From: an uncultured delta proteobacterium
Lineage (GTDB): Bacteria; Desulfobacterota; Binatia; UBA9968
Reading direction: 5' to 3'
NCBI GenBank assembly: GCA_963816145.1
Contig: CAWFJP010000017.1
Location: 64,001 to 128,000, forward strand
DNA: 64,000 bases
Positions 10,550-19,316 of the stretch are shown here, one piece after another. The stretch's first letter is position 1. Every line of letters begins with the position of its first letter. A program made the position numbers and the translations under genes. The notes beneath the pieces were generated by a model. That model was given only the letters and a program-made list of their open reading frames with translations. It did no database searches and was not told where the DNA came from.

Positions 10550-11776
10550 ATGAACAATATTCGAGCAATTCGAAGCGAAGCAGATTACGACGCCGCGCTC
10601 GCGCGTATCGATGCCCTTATGGACGCCGAGAGTGGTACCCCCGAGGGCGAAGAACTCGACGTGCTTACTGACCTTGTTGAACTTTATGAGGCGAAGCATG
10701 TTCCCATGGGTTTTCCGAGGCCGCTTGAAGCAATCCGCTTTCGCATGGAGCAGGCAGACCTTTCACCACGTGATCTTGTTCCGTTCATGGGCAGCCGTGC
10801 AAAAGTCTCCGAGGTGTTGTCCGGCAAGCGCCCACTCACCATGCAGATGGCTCGCGCCCTGCACGCCAATCTCGGCATTCCCGCTGATGTGCTGTTACAG
10901 CAACCGGGTGGTGAGTTGCATTCGGCGCTTGAAGGTACCGAGTGGCACCGCTTTCCATTGGCGGAAATGGCAAAACGTGGATGGATCGAAAAGCGTCGCA
11001 ATCTTGACACTCTTGCCGAAGAAATCATGCGGGATCTGATTGGTCGGGCGGGAGGCGAATATGTTTTGCCTGCAGCGTTCTTTCGGAAGAATGATCACGC
11101 CCGCATCAACGCGAAAACGGACCCATACTCTCTCAAAGTTTGGTGCTGGGAAGTGCTAGCGCGAGCGAATGCCCATAAGCTGCCTGTCAGCTTTAAACCC
11201 GGCACGGTCGATCTCACTTTTCTGCGGAAAGTGGCCACATTGAGCTGGTCGCAAGACGGTCCCCGACTCGCCCAAGAGTTCCTCGCTAACCACGGTATTC
11301 ATCTCGTGTATCTTGAGCATTTACCGCGTACGCACCTCGACGGCGCGGCTCTTCAACTCGCCGACGGCACACCCGTTATTGGACTGACCTTGCGCTACGA
11401 TCGGCTCGACAACTTCTGGTTCTGCTTGCTGCACGAACTTTCTCATATCGGCCGCCATATGAACGAGACGAAGAATGAAGCGTTCGTCGATGATCTGAGT
11501 CTTCGTGACGTGCAAGGCGCGCGACGTGATCCACGAGAAACCGAAGCGGATGAGTGGGCCGAGAATGGTCTCATTCCAGAAGACATATGGAATACGAGCA
11601 AGGTAAAGGACAAGCCAACGCCGCTGGCCGTTATGGAACTAGCCCAGCGGCTCGGCATTCACCCCGCCATCATTGCCGGTCGCATCCGCCACGAGACACG
11701 GAACTTTCGCCTGCTGTCCCATTTTGTGGGGACAGGCACGCTACGAAAACAGTTTCTTAAAGGCGGAGAGCAATGA
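10550..11776 (+). CDS. higA: HigA antitoxin-XRE HTH fused to ImmA/IrrE (DUF955) Zn metallopeptidase
   Basis: N-term 'IRSEADYDAAL...L..L.ELYE..H.P'; HTH 'GSRAKVSEVLSGKR.LT'; 'RYDRLDNFWFCLLHELSH' HExxH and 'ETEADEWA'; GAGGAGG RBS before ATG 10550. Confidence 0.88.
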   Translation: MNNIRAIRSEADYDAALARIDALMDAESGTPEGEELDVLTDLVELYEAKHVPMGFPRPLEAIRFRMEQADLSPRDLVPFMGSRAKVSEVLSGKRPLTMQMARALHANLGIPADVLLQQPGGELHSALEGTEWHRFPLAEMAKRGWIEKRRNLDTLAEEIMRDLIGRAGGEYVLPAAFFRKNDHARINAKTDPYSLKVWCWEVLARANAHKLPVSFKPGTVDLTFLRKVATLSWSQDGPRLAQEFLANHGIHLVYLEHLPRTHLDGAALQLADGTPVIGLTLRYDRLDNFWFCLLHELSHIGRHMNETKNEAFVDDLSLRDVQGARRDPRETEADEWAENGLIPEDIWNTSKVKDKPTPLAVMELAQRLGIHPAIIAGRIRHETRNFRLLSHFVGTGTLRKQFLKGGEQ

Positions 11777-11952
11777 TTTTTTAGCTCCAACATCACAATG
11801 TACGATGTTAAAACATGGCTAATCTTGAGGGGCGTGAGAGACGCAAGTATCGAACGAAGGACTCGACGTGCGCAGAGTTATCTAGAGTTGTAGGATCGAC
11901 TTGAAAGCTAAAGGCGGACCTGAACTCATTTTTGACTGTGGAGGAAGAAGAC

Positions 11953-13509
11953 ATGGCTACACGCACATGGGACAAAGACCGAGCCTCGAAGCGCATCGAT
12001 GCACGCATCGCGGAGCTTCCGATCGGCGACATTGAAATCAAGAAGTTCGTACGCGAGACGGACTTGACCAGTCTCCCGCGGAACGTGGCGTACCGCCTTC
12101 ACGGCGTCCACCTCTATGCCGACATTCTCAATCTGGCGGACATGCTTCACGTAACCGAGGTGGAAGGCGAGACTTGCCACCGGCGGACGCTCCGATTTCT
12201 GAACCTGCATTACCGAGCCGTCCATCGGACGCTTCAGCGGGTGGACGCCATCTTTGTTGACTTTCACAACCAGCGCCTGCACTCCGTGATCGCGAAGCCG
12301 TACGACTCGGAGGTCGATCGCATTCACAAGGCCGTCGCCGTGGCGCAGTTGATCATCGACGTGCTCGCGCAGACCGGCGAGGACGCGGACCATCCTGCCG
12401 CGAAGGTCAGAGTTGGGATCGACACCGGTGAAGCCCTCGCTGTGAACAATGGACGCCGAGGCCATCGGGAACCCCTGTTTCTGGGGGAGCCAGCGAATCA
12501 CGCTGCCAAGCGCGCGTCAGGCGGGAAAGGGACGGGGATCTATCTGACGAGCAAAGCCCGGGAGACGCTCGGTCTGAAGCGCGTTGATAACGAAGATGCA
12601 ACGGCGCTCACAACCGAAGAAATCGCGGCGTCGCAAGACGAGGCTGCTCTGGATGTCACGGCCGACGATATCGTGAAGGAATGGCGCGAGGATCTCAAGA
12701 ATAGCCCAATCGGCGCATTCGGCTTCAGCGGCCATACGCCGCCCTTCAGGACGCTCGACATCGAAGAACTGTCAGTAAAGAACTCGCGGCGTCAGGATGC
12801 GGCTACGGTCTATTCCGATATCGACGGCTTCACCGCCTACGTCACCAAGAACATCACCACTGACACCGCTTCGAAGCATGTCGTGCGCGCGCTCCACGTT
12901 CTGCGCAGTGAACTGGACGCTGTGCTTCACACCGACTTCGCCGGCCGCAAGGTGCGGTTTATCGGGGACTGTGTTCATGGGCTGCTGGTGGAAGGTACGG
13001 CGCAGACGTCGGATGCGATCGAAACAATCAGCAACATGACTCTGTGCGCCGGAGGCATGCGCAGCAGCTTCGAGCTCGCGCTGTCAAAGCTGAAAGCCAA
13101 TGGCACCGACGCGTCAGAGCTCGGGTTGGCAATCGGGTTCGAGTACGGGCCAATGAACGTGACCCGGCTTGGCATCAAGAGCGAGCTCGTGCGCTGCTCG
13201 GCGAGCCGAGGTGTTGTTGCCGCCGAACGAGAACAATCCCGCTGCTCGGGGACGGAGACGGCGATCGGGCCCATTGCGTACGATAGTAGCAATGATGCGG
13301 CGCGCACCGCGTTTGGGAAATCGCGGAAGCGATCCGGGCTGACCTACGACGTCGCTGTCAACGAGCTGGCCGACAAGGGCGATGCGGTCGCGAAGGCTGC
13401 CCGTGCCATGGGGACGGCCGGGTCGCTGAAACCCGCGACTTCGGCACCTTCCGCTTTCAGCTTCCCGAATCGACCGACGGGTCCCGCGAAGCCGGACGGT
13501 TTCGCATGA
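11953..13509 (+). CDS. Tandem-domain class III nucleotide cyclase (PycC-like)
   Basis: Domain 1 'HLYADILN...RVGIDTG...FLGEPANHAAK'; domain 2 'VYSDIDGFT...VRFIGDCV...AIGFEYG'; C-terminal FPNRPTGPAKPDGFA; GGAGGAAG RBS. Confidence 0.85.
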   Translation: MATRTWDKDRASKRIDARIAELPIGDIEIKKFVRETDLTSLPRNVAYRLHGVHLYADILNLADMLHVTEVEGETCHRRTLRFLNLHYRAVHRTLQRVDAIFVDFHNQRLHSVIAKPYDSEVDRIHKAVAVAQLIIDVLAQTGEDADHPAAKVRVGIDTGEALAVNNGRRGHREPLFLGEPANHAAKRASGGKGTGIYLTSKARETLGLKRVDNEDATALTTEEIAASQDEAALDVTADDIVKEWREDLKNSPIGAFGFSGHTPPFRTLDIEELSVKNSRRQDAATVYSDIDGFTAYVTKNITTDTASKHVVRALHVLRSELDAVLHTDFAGRKVRFIGDCVHGLLVEGTAQTSDAIETISNMTLCAGGMRSSFELALSKLKANGTDASELGLAIGFEYGPMNVTRLGIKSELVRCSASRGVVAAEREQSRCSGTETAIGPIAYDSSNDAARTAFGKSRKRSGLTYDVAVNELADKGDAVAKAARAMGTAGSLKPATSAPSAFSFPNRPTGPAKPDGFA

Positions 13510-15293
13510 TCTGGTACTTCCAAGACAGCGCGCGCAGCAAACGGGAGCGGGAGGCGATCGAACGGCTCGCATCGCAGGTTCCCTGGATGACACCGCGTGG
13601 GCTCAGGATCGACGGCTCGTTGCGTCTGATCTGGGACATTGATATCTCGACTGGCGAGCGTACATACCCGGTGTCCTTGCGGTACCCGAACCACTTTCCG
13701 TACTCCCCGCCCGTGGTGCTGCCGCGCGGGGACTCGGACCGATGGTCGTCACATCAGTATGGGCCAGGCGGTGAATTGTGCCTCGAGTACGGTCCGGACA
13801 ACTGGCATCCGGAGATCACCGGCGCCGACATGGTCGTGAGTGCCTTTCGACTCTTGCAAGGCGAAAGCCCGACCAGCGAGGAGACCGCTGTCGCCTCTCG
13901 TCACAAGATCACGCTCGGGCAGTACGTCCGAAACAGGTTTTCGAGATTCGTGATCACGCGGGCTGCGGTCGAACTCTTCGCGACTCTCGACGAGGGTGTA
14001 GCAGTCTTGGGCAAGGCGGTAGGCGCCTTGCGCGAAGAGTCGTGGGTCACCGCTATCAGTTCTGTCTCACTGCCTAGCGGTGAGACTTGGATCGAGCCGG
14101 AGATGCCAGAGCCATTTCGCACTGAAGGATGGGAACGGGATATCGCCGGCTTCAAGTGGCCGGAGGACGTTCGGCTACCGTCAGCGAAGACCCCGGCCGA
14201 CTTGCGCGCAGTGACCGCCGAGCGCGGCTTGGCGATTCCAAAGGTGTCACACGTCCTGCTCTTTCAGGGATCGAGCGTACACGTTTATGGCCTCGGCGAT
14301 GAGGACGGCCAGGTTTGGCGCCCAGTTGTAATTATGCCTCCCCCTCCATCGACACGGCTCGACACCGATCATGCGGTTCTAGCGGAGCGAAAAATCGGCG
14401 TTGTCGGATGCGGGTCCATGGGCAGCAAGATTGCCGTGATATTGGCCCGTTCTGGAGCGAAGAGATTTTTCCTGGTCGACGATGACATCATGCTGCCTGA
14501 CAATCTCGTGCGCCACGACTTGGATTGGCGGGAGATCGGAACTCATAAAGCCGACGGCGTTGCCCGCCGAATTCAGCTCGTCAATCCTGGAGCGATTTGC
14601 GAAAAGCGCCGGCATCGTCTGGGCGGACAGGAATCCAGCGGAAGCGTCGAGACCCTAATTGAGAGTCTCGCCGAGTGCGACATGCTAATCGATGCAACCG
14701 CAAATCCGATCGCTTTCAATTATTTGTGCGCGGCTGTCGCGGTCGCCAAGACGACCCTCGTCTGGGCCGAGGTGTTCGGCGGGGGCTTTGGTGGACTCAT
14801 AGCTCGCCACCGTCCTGGCCATGAACCTGATCCGGCCTCGATGCGCCGGACCATCGAGGCCTGGTGCGCTGATCAAGGCAAGCCGATCCCTCGATCGACG
14901 ACCGATTATGGCGGCGCAGAAGAAGCGGCTCTGATCGCCGACGACGCAGACGTGACTACAATTGCGGCACATGCCGCGCGGCTTGCGATCGACACACTCA
15001 TCTCACGGACGCCCTCAACTTTTCCGCACTCGGTTTACCTTGTCGGCCTCGCAAAGCAGTGGATATTCGACGCACCATTTGACACATATCCCATAGACGT
15101 TGGGCAACCGATGACCTCCGAGGCATCGACACCAGCGAATTCTGAAGAAAGGGCCGCTGAAGTTGCGAGGATCGTCCAGTTGCTAGCGGATCACCAGGAT
15201 GCAGGTACTTTTGCCGGCTCAGATAACCAAACGGATACGGGAGGAACTCCGACGAGCCAAGACTCAGGAGATCGGGGGGCTGCTGATGGGTGA
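13506..15293 (+). CDS. E2-E1 (ThiF) fusion protein, Cap2-like
   Basis: E2 'YPNHFPYSPP...HQYGPGGELCL'; ThiF 'VVGCGSMGSKIA..LARSG...LVDDD......NLVRH'; ATGA overlap with cyclase stop. Confidence 0.88.
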   Translation: MIWYFQDSARSKREREAIERLASQVPWMTPRGLRIDGSLRLIWDIDISTGERTYPVSLRYPNHFPYSPPVVLPRGDSDRWSSHQYGPGGELCLEYGPDNWHPEITGADMVVSAFRLLQGESPTSEETAVASRHKITLGQYVRNRFSRFVITRAAVELFATLDEGVAVLGKAVGALREESWVTAISSVSLPSGETWIEPEMPEPFRTEGWERDIAGFKWPEDVRLPSAKTPADLRAVTAERGLAIPKVSHVLLFQGSSVHVYGLGDEDGQVWRPVVIMPPPPSTRLDTDHAVLAERKIGVVGCGSMGSKIAVILARSGAKRFFLVDDDIMLPDNLVRHDLDWREIGTHKADGVARRIQLVNPGAICEKRRHRLGGQESSGSVETLIESLAECDMLIDATANPIAFNYLCAAVAVAKTTLVWAEVFGGGFGGLIARHRPGHEPDPASMRRTIEAWCADQGKPIPRSTTDYGGAEEAALIADDADVTTIAAHAARLAIDTLISRTPSTFPHSVYLVGLAKQWIFDAPFDTYPIDVGQPMTSEASTPANSEERAAEVARIVQLLADHQDAGTFAGSDNQTDTGGTPTSQDSGDRGAADG

Positions 15294-15714
15294 GCACGTC
15301 TGTGACGAGCTGTTCCGAGTCGTCGATATTTCGGTTCAGCGGTCGGGAGGATCGCAGGTCCATTTCGTACGCGACGCGTCCAGCCATGCCACTCAGCTGC
15401 AGGCGTTCTTTGCGCGTACGGGCAATGATTTCACGCGCTTCAATTACCTCGGCGAGTGGCATTCGCATCCGACGTTTGCGCCGGCTCCCAGTTCGACCGA
15501 CTTCGATTCCATGCAATCGATCGTCGACAATCCGGACGTTGGTGTGAATTTTTTGATACTCCTAGTGTTCAAGCTGGCTAGCCGAAAGAGACTGGCAGGA
15601 ACCGCAACAGTGTTCAGGCCGCATCAGCCATGGACGAGTGTGGTTGTTATGACCGAAGAGAACGGAACGGGCTCGCGTCTTGAGCGCGCGCTGCCTTCGT
15701 GGCTGCGAGGATAG
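15199..15714 (+). CDS. JAB/JAMM isopeptidase, Cap3-like
   Basis: 'EIGGLLMG...YLGEWHSHP......PSSTD' JAMM motif; overlaps 3' end of E2-E1 gene. Confidence 0.9.
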   Translation: MQVLLPAQITKRIREELRRAKTQEIGGLLMGEHVCDELFRVVDISVQRSGGSQVHFVRDASSHATQLQAFFARTGNDFTRFNYLGEWHSHPTFAPAPSSTDFDSMQSIVDNPDVGVNFLILLVFKLASRKRLAGTATVFRPHQPWTSVVVMTEENGTGSRLERALPSWLRG

Positions 15715-15846
15715 TTCACGCGTTGAGCATTCACCCACTCGGTGTTGGCAATCGCCGCGCGAGCACTGTCCTGGGGATTACGGTCTCTGTAAACCGAAGA
15801 CATGGCAGTACGATGATTTTCGCGTTCGTAGCAGAAGAGGATTTCC

Positions 15847-16755
15847 ATGAAAGAGCGTTTTGAGGGTGGCACCGGCCGCGGGTTGCTTCTCGATGTACTT
15901 CAGAAGCAGGACATCGTCCGAAACGACAAGTCGCTCGCCGAAGCGCTTGCCGAGGGAGGAGAGATCGTTCAATTCGACGGCGGCGCGGACATCGTTCGAC
16001 AGGACGGCGCTGACAACGATGTCTTCTTCTTGCTCGCCGGCGATGCGAACGTGCTGGTTAACGATCGCTTTGTCGGGACGCGGACGGAAGGGACGTGTAT
16101 CGGCGAGATGGCCGCTCTCGATGCCGCCGCGCGGCGTTCCTCGACCGTTCGCGCAAATTCGGTTGTCGTGGCGTTGAAGGTTCCGGAACCGGCTTTTCGG
16201 GCAGCGTGTGAGGCGCATCCCCTTGTGTTCAAGGCTCTCTCCCAGCTCGTCTCTCATCGTCTGAGACAACGTTCAGCGTTCGTTCAGCCGCCGAATCCAC
16301 AGCCAGTGCTCTTCATCGGCAGTTCCACTGAGGCACTTTCAATCGCGAACGAATTGCAGGCTGGTTTCAAGTACGACAAGTTCAACGCGATTATCTGGAA
16401 GGACGGAGTGTTCGGGCCCGGCGGCGTCGCCTTTGATTCCCTCGCGCAGATTGCCGGCGGCTCAGATTTTGCCGCCTTCATCATTTCGCCAGACGACACA
16501 GTCATCAGCCGCGAGGCAGAGAAACTGGCCCCTCGTGACAATGTGATCTTCGAGCTTGGCCTCTTCATGGGCGTGCTCGACCGACAGCGCGTCTTCTTGA
16601 TTCGCGAGCACGATGCCGATGTGAAGATTCCTTCGGACCTGCTCGGCATTACACAGGTGACCTACGTCCTGAAGAAGGGCGGCGACCTCACGACGGCGCT
16701 CGGTCCCGTATGCACTGAGCTGCGCAAAGCAATCGCCACGCACGGCGTTCGCTGA
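15847..16755 (+). CDS. Cyclic-nucleotide-binding (CRP-type) domain + TIR NADase effector (PycTIR-like)
   Basis: cNMP domain 'IVRQD..DNDVFFLLAG...GTCIGEMA......RSSTVRA'; TIR 'FIGSSTEAL...DFA.FI..PDD...PRDNVIFELGLFMG...KIPSDLLG'. Confidence 0.9.
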   Translation: MKERFEGGTGRGLLLDVLQKQDIVRNDKSLAEALAEGGEIVQFDGGADIVRQDGADNDVFFLLAGDANVLVNDRFVGTRTEGTCIGEMAALDAAARRSSTVRANSVVVALKVPEPAFRAACEAHPLVFKALSQLVSHRLRQRSAFVQPPNPQPVLFIGSSTEALSIANELQAGFKYDKFNAIIWKDGVFGPGGVAFDSLAQIAGGSDFAAFIISPDDTVISREAEKLAPRDNVIFELGLFMGVLDRQRVFLIREHDADVKIPSDLLGITQVTYVLKKGGDLTTALGPVCTELRKAIATHGVR

Positions 16756-16806
16756 GCGAGAAACGGCGACCCAAAGGGATCGTGTCGGCTTTTTGAAATT
16801 TCAGTG

Positions 16807-17518
16807 AAATTTCAGGGGTCGGGTCTAGCATCGTAGCATTCAGGCTACTACGCGTTGAGTCTGGGAACACAGAAATGGAACACAGTGTCAGGCTTTGGTT
16901 ATTTGTTTATGAGTCCCCCGCCGAACAGATGAGTTAAAATTATCTAAGAACCCAAAGCCCGAAACTATTGTCTATTCCACTATCGTCTATTGCACGAACC
17001 GCAGACATTTCGCGCACCCCTTTGGGAGGACGAAGGTCTAGCGCTAGCTCACCGGCTCCGCCACGAAGATCGGAATCACCCGGGTCGTTCGAGTCTGATA
17101 CTCCGAATACGGCGGATAGGCCGCCACGGCGGCTTTCCACAGGCGTTCTCGCTCCGCCGTGTCGGTGACCTCGCGCACCCGCATCTTCCGCACCACTGCC
17201 AGATCGCGAAGCTCCACTAGCGGATTGGCACGCAGGTTGTAGACCCAAACCGGATTCTTGGGCGCTCCGCCCGTCGACCCGACCAGCACATAGTTGGTGC
17301 CGTCCTTGACACGCATCAGCGGCGTCTTGCGAATGGCTCCGGTCTTGTTGCCTGTGTGAGTGACGATGATGACCGGCAATCCGGTATCGCGCAGCGTGTT
17401 GCCTTCGGCGCCGCCCGTACGCTCGTAGAGTTCGACCTGCTCGCGCACCCAATCTCTCGGGCTCGGGATGTATTCAGCCATGGGCTAATCTCCTCGACAT
17501 GGTTACTCGGCTCCGGGG
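16807..17518. repeat. Direct repeat copy 1 (~710 bp) containing nitroreductase gene
   Basis: Near-identical to 18605-19316 at constant offset 1798. Confidence 0.95.
17044..17481 (-). CDS. Deazaflavin (F420)-dependent nitroreductase family (Ddn-like), copy 1
   Basis: 'T.TGNKTGAIRKTPL...Y.LVGS.GGAPKNP.W.YNL.ANP...YQ.RT.R.IP.F'. Confidence 0.9.
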   Translation of the reverse strand: MAEYIPSPRDWVREQVELYERTGGAEGNTLRDTGLPVIIVTHTGNKTGAIRKTPLMRVKDGTNYVLVGSTGGAPKNPVWVYNLRANPLVELRDLAVVRKMRVREVTDTAERERLWKAAVAAYPPYSEYQTRTTRVIPIFVAEPVS

Positions 17519-17560
17519 ATACTTGGGCACAGTCGCGGGTGTCAGGCTTTGATTCTTTGC

Positions 17561-17962
17561 TCAAGTATTGGCTAAAACCGTCAGTAAGTCGGTTTTTGAA
17601 AAATCTTCCCCCTTGAAGAGCAACGGCAGACCGGTGGCCTTGGCTAGCGCGTAAGAAAAACAATCTCCGTAGTTGAGCCCCGCGCTGTTTCTGCCTTTGC
17701 CATAGCGGGAATAGGCTGCTCGCGCGAGCTCGAGATGCTGCGCGGTGAAGTTTTCGATTTGTATACCGGCGTCTTGGATCATCCGGTCGACGATCTGCGC
17801 GGCCCTGGCGCCGTGCCGATTGAGCATCACGATGTGCAATTCGAGCAGACTCGCCGCGGAAATGAGCGGGGCATCCGCCTCAGCGATCGCTTCTGCGTAT
17901 ACCGCCGCATCGGGCTCCCGGTCGAGGATCGCGATGAGCGCAGAAGTATCGACGACGATCAT
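17561..17962 (-). CDS. vapC: VapC/PIN toxin
   Basis: 'MIVVDTSALIAIL..E', 'LNYGDCFSYALAK....PLLFKGEDF'. Confidence 0.92.
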   Translation of the reverse strand: MIVVDTSALIAILDREPDAAVYAEAIAEADAPLISAASLLELHIVMLNRHGARAAQIVDRMIQDAGIQIENFTAQHLELARAAYSRYGKGRNSAGLNYGDCFSYALAKATGLPLLFKGEDFSKTDLLTVLANT

Positions 17963-18210
17963 CGCGGCAAACCGCTGTCGTCGTAAAGCATCTCTTCGGC
18001 CGATCGTTCATCGATCACAGGCAACCGGCTGCATTGGTCACCCAACTTCAGGAGTTTCGCTGCGAGCGCTTTCCGATTCCGTTGACGCCGCAAGCGTTCC
18101 AGGCGCTCGGTGACCGCGTTGTCCACAGCCTCGGCGATTGTCTCGCCCGTGATGCGCGCCAATTGCTTGGCTCGACGGTGCGTATCGTCGCTCTTTATGT
18201 TCATGCCCAT
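17959..18210 (-). CDS. vapB: VapB antitoxin (Rv0623-like RHH)
   Basis: 'MNIKS....RRAKQLARITGET..EAV..AV.ERL...LYDDSGLP'; 4-nt overlap with vapC. Confidence 0.88.
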   Translation of the reverse strand: MGMNIKSDDTHRRAKQLARITGETIAEAVDNAVTERLERLRRQRNRKALAAKLLKLGDQCSRLPVIDERSAEEMLYDDSGLPR

Positions 18211-18604
18211 GCTGAAGATCCCCTAAAGGTATACTTTTGTCGATCTTATACCCCGGCCCGGTTTTGCACAACAGAGCGGCCGAGGTGCTGGGAGCCAGAT
18301 ATGGGTCACAGATCGGGATCAGGGCTATACTTTTGCTATTGATTGCGTGTTCTCTCGTTCCCTTCCCATGACTCGGCTAGCATACTCATCTATGCGGTCG
18401 CAGCGGGCTATGCGCTTTCCAAGGCCAACTCATCGGGCAACCGCTTGCTCGACGGCGGTATCCTTAAAGAAGCCCGGGTTGTTGCCTACCGATCTCTGCG
18501 CGACACACGGCGCGCTATACGGTTCCGGTGTCCCCGCTGTTCGGTGGCGACTTTAGAGATGATTTTGCCGTCGAGGGTCGGAAAGCCATAGAAAACTAAT
18601 TGGT

Positions 18605-19316
18605 AAATTTCAGGGGTCGGGTCTAGCATCGTAGCATTCAGGCTACTACGCGTTGAGTGTGGGAACACAGAAATGGAACACAGTGTCAGGCTTTGGTTAT
18701 TTGTTTATGAGTCCCCCGCCGAACAGGTGAGGTAAAATTATCTAAGAACCCAAAGCCCGAAACTATTGTCTATTCCACTATCGTCTATTGCACGAACCGC
18801 AGACATTTCGCGCACCCCTTTGGGAGGACGAAGGTCTAGCGCTAGCTCACCGGCTCCGCCACGAAGATCGGAATCACCCGGGTCGTTCGAGTCTGATACT
18901 CCGAATACGGCGGATAGGCCGCCACGGCAGCTTTCCACAGGCGTTCTCGCTCCGCCGTGTCGCTGACCTCGCGCACCCGCATCTTCCGCACCACTGCCAG
19001 ATCGCGAAGCTCCACTAGCGGATTGGCACGCAGGTTGTAGACCCAAACCGGATTCTTGGGCGCTCCGCCCGTCGACCCGACCAGCACATAGTTGGTGCCG
19101 TCCTTGACACGCATCAGCGGCGTCTTGCGAATGGCTCCGGTCTTGTTGCCTGTGTGAGTAACGATGATGACCGGCAATCCGGTATCGCGCAGCGTGTTGC
19201 CTTCGGCGCCGCCCGTACGCTCGTAGAGTTCGACCTGCTCGCGCACCCAATCTCTCGGGCTCGGAATGTATTCAGCCATTGGCTTGTCTCCTCGACATCG
19301 TTATTCGGCTCCGGGG
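18605..19316. repeat. Direct repeat copy 2 (~710 bp)
   Basis: Near-identical to 16807-17518. Confidence 0.95.
18842..19279 (-). CDS. Deazaflavin-dependent nitroreductase family, copy 2
   Basis: Identical to copy 1 protein except T->S (REVTD/REVSD). Confidence 0.9.
   Translation of the reverse strand: MAEYIPSPRDWVREQVELYERTGGAEGNTLRDTGLPVIIVTHTGNKTGAIRKTPLMRVKDGTNYVLVGSTGGAPKNPVWVYNLRANPLVELRDLAVVRKMRVREVSDTAERERLWKAAVAAYPPYSEYQTRTTRVIPIFVAEPVS

Noticed and set aside
11953-13509. Calling the system canonical CBASS
   Set aside because: The enzyme has class III cyclase motifs, not the CD-NTase GS...DxD nucleotidyltransferase signature.
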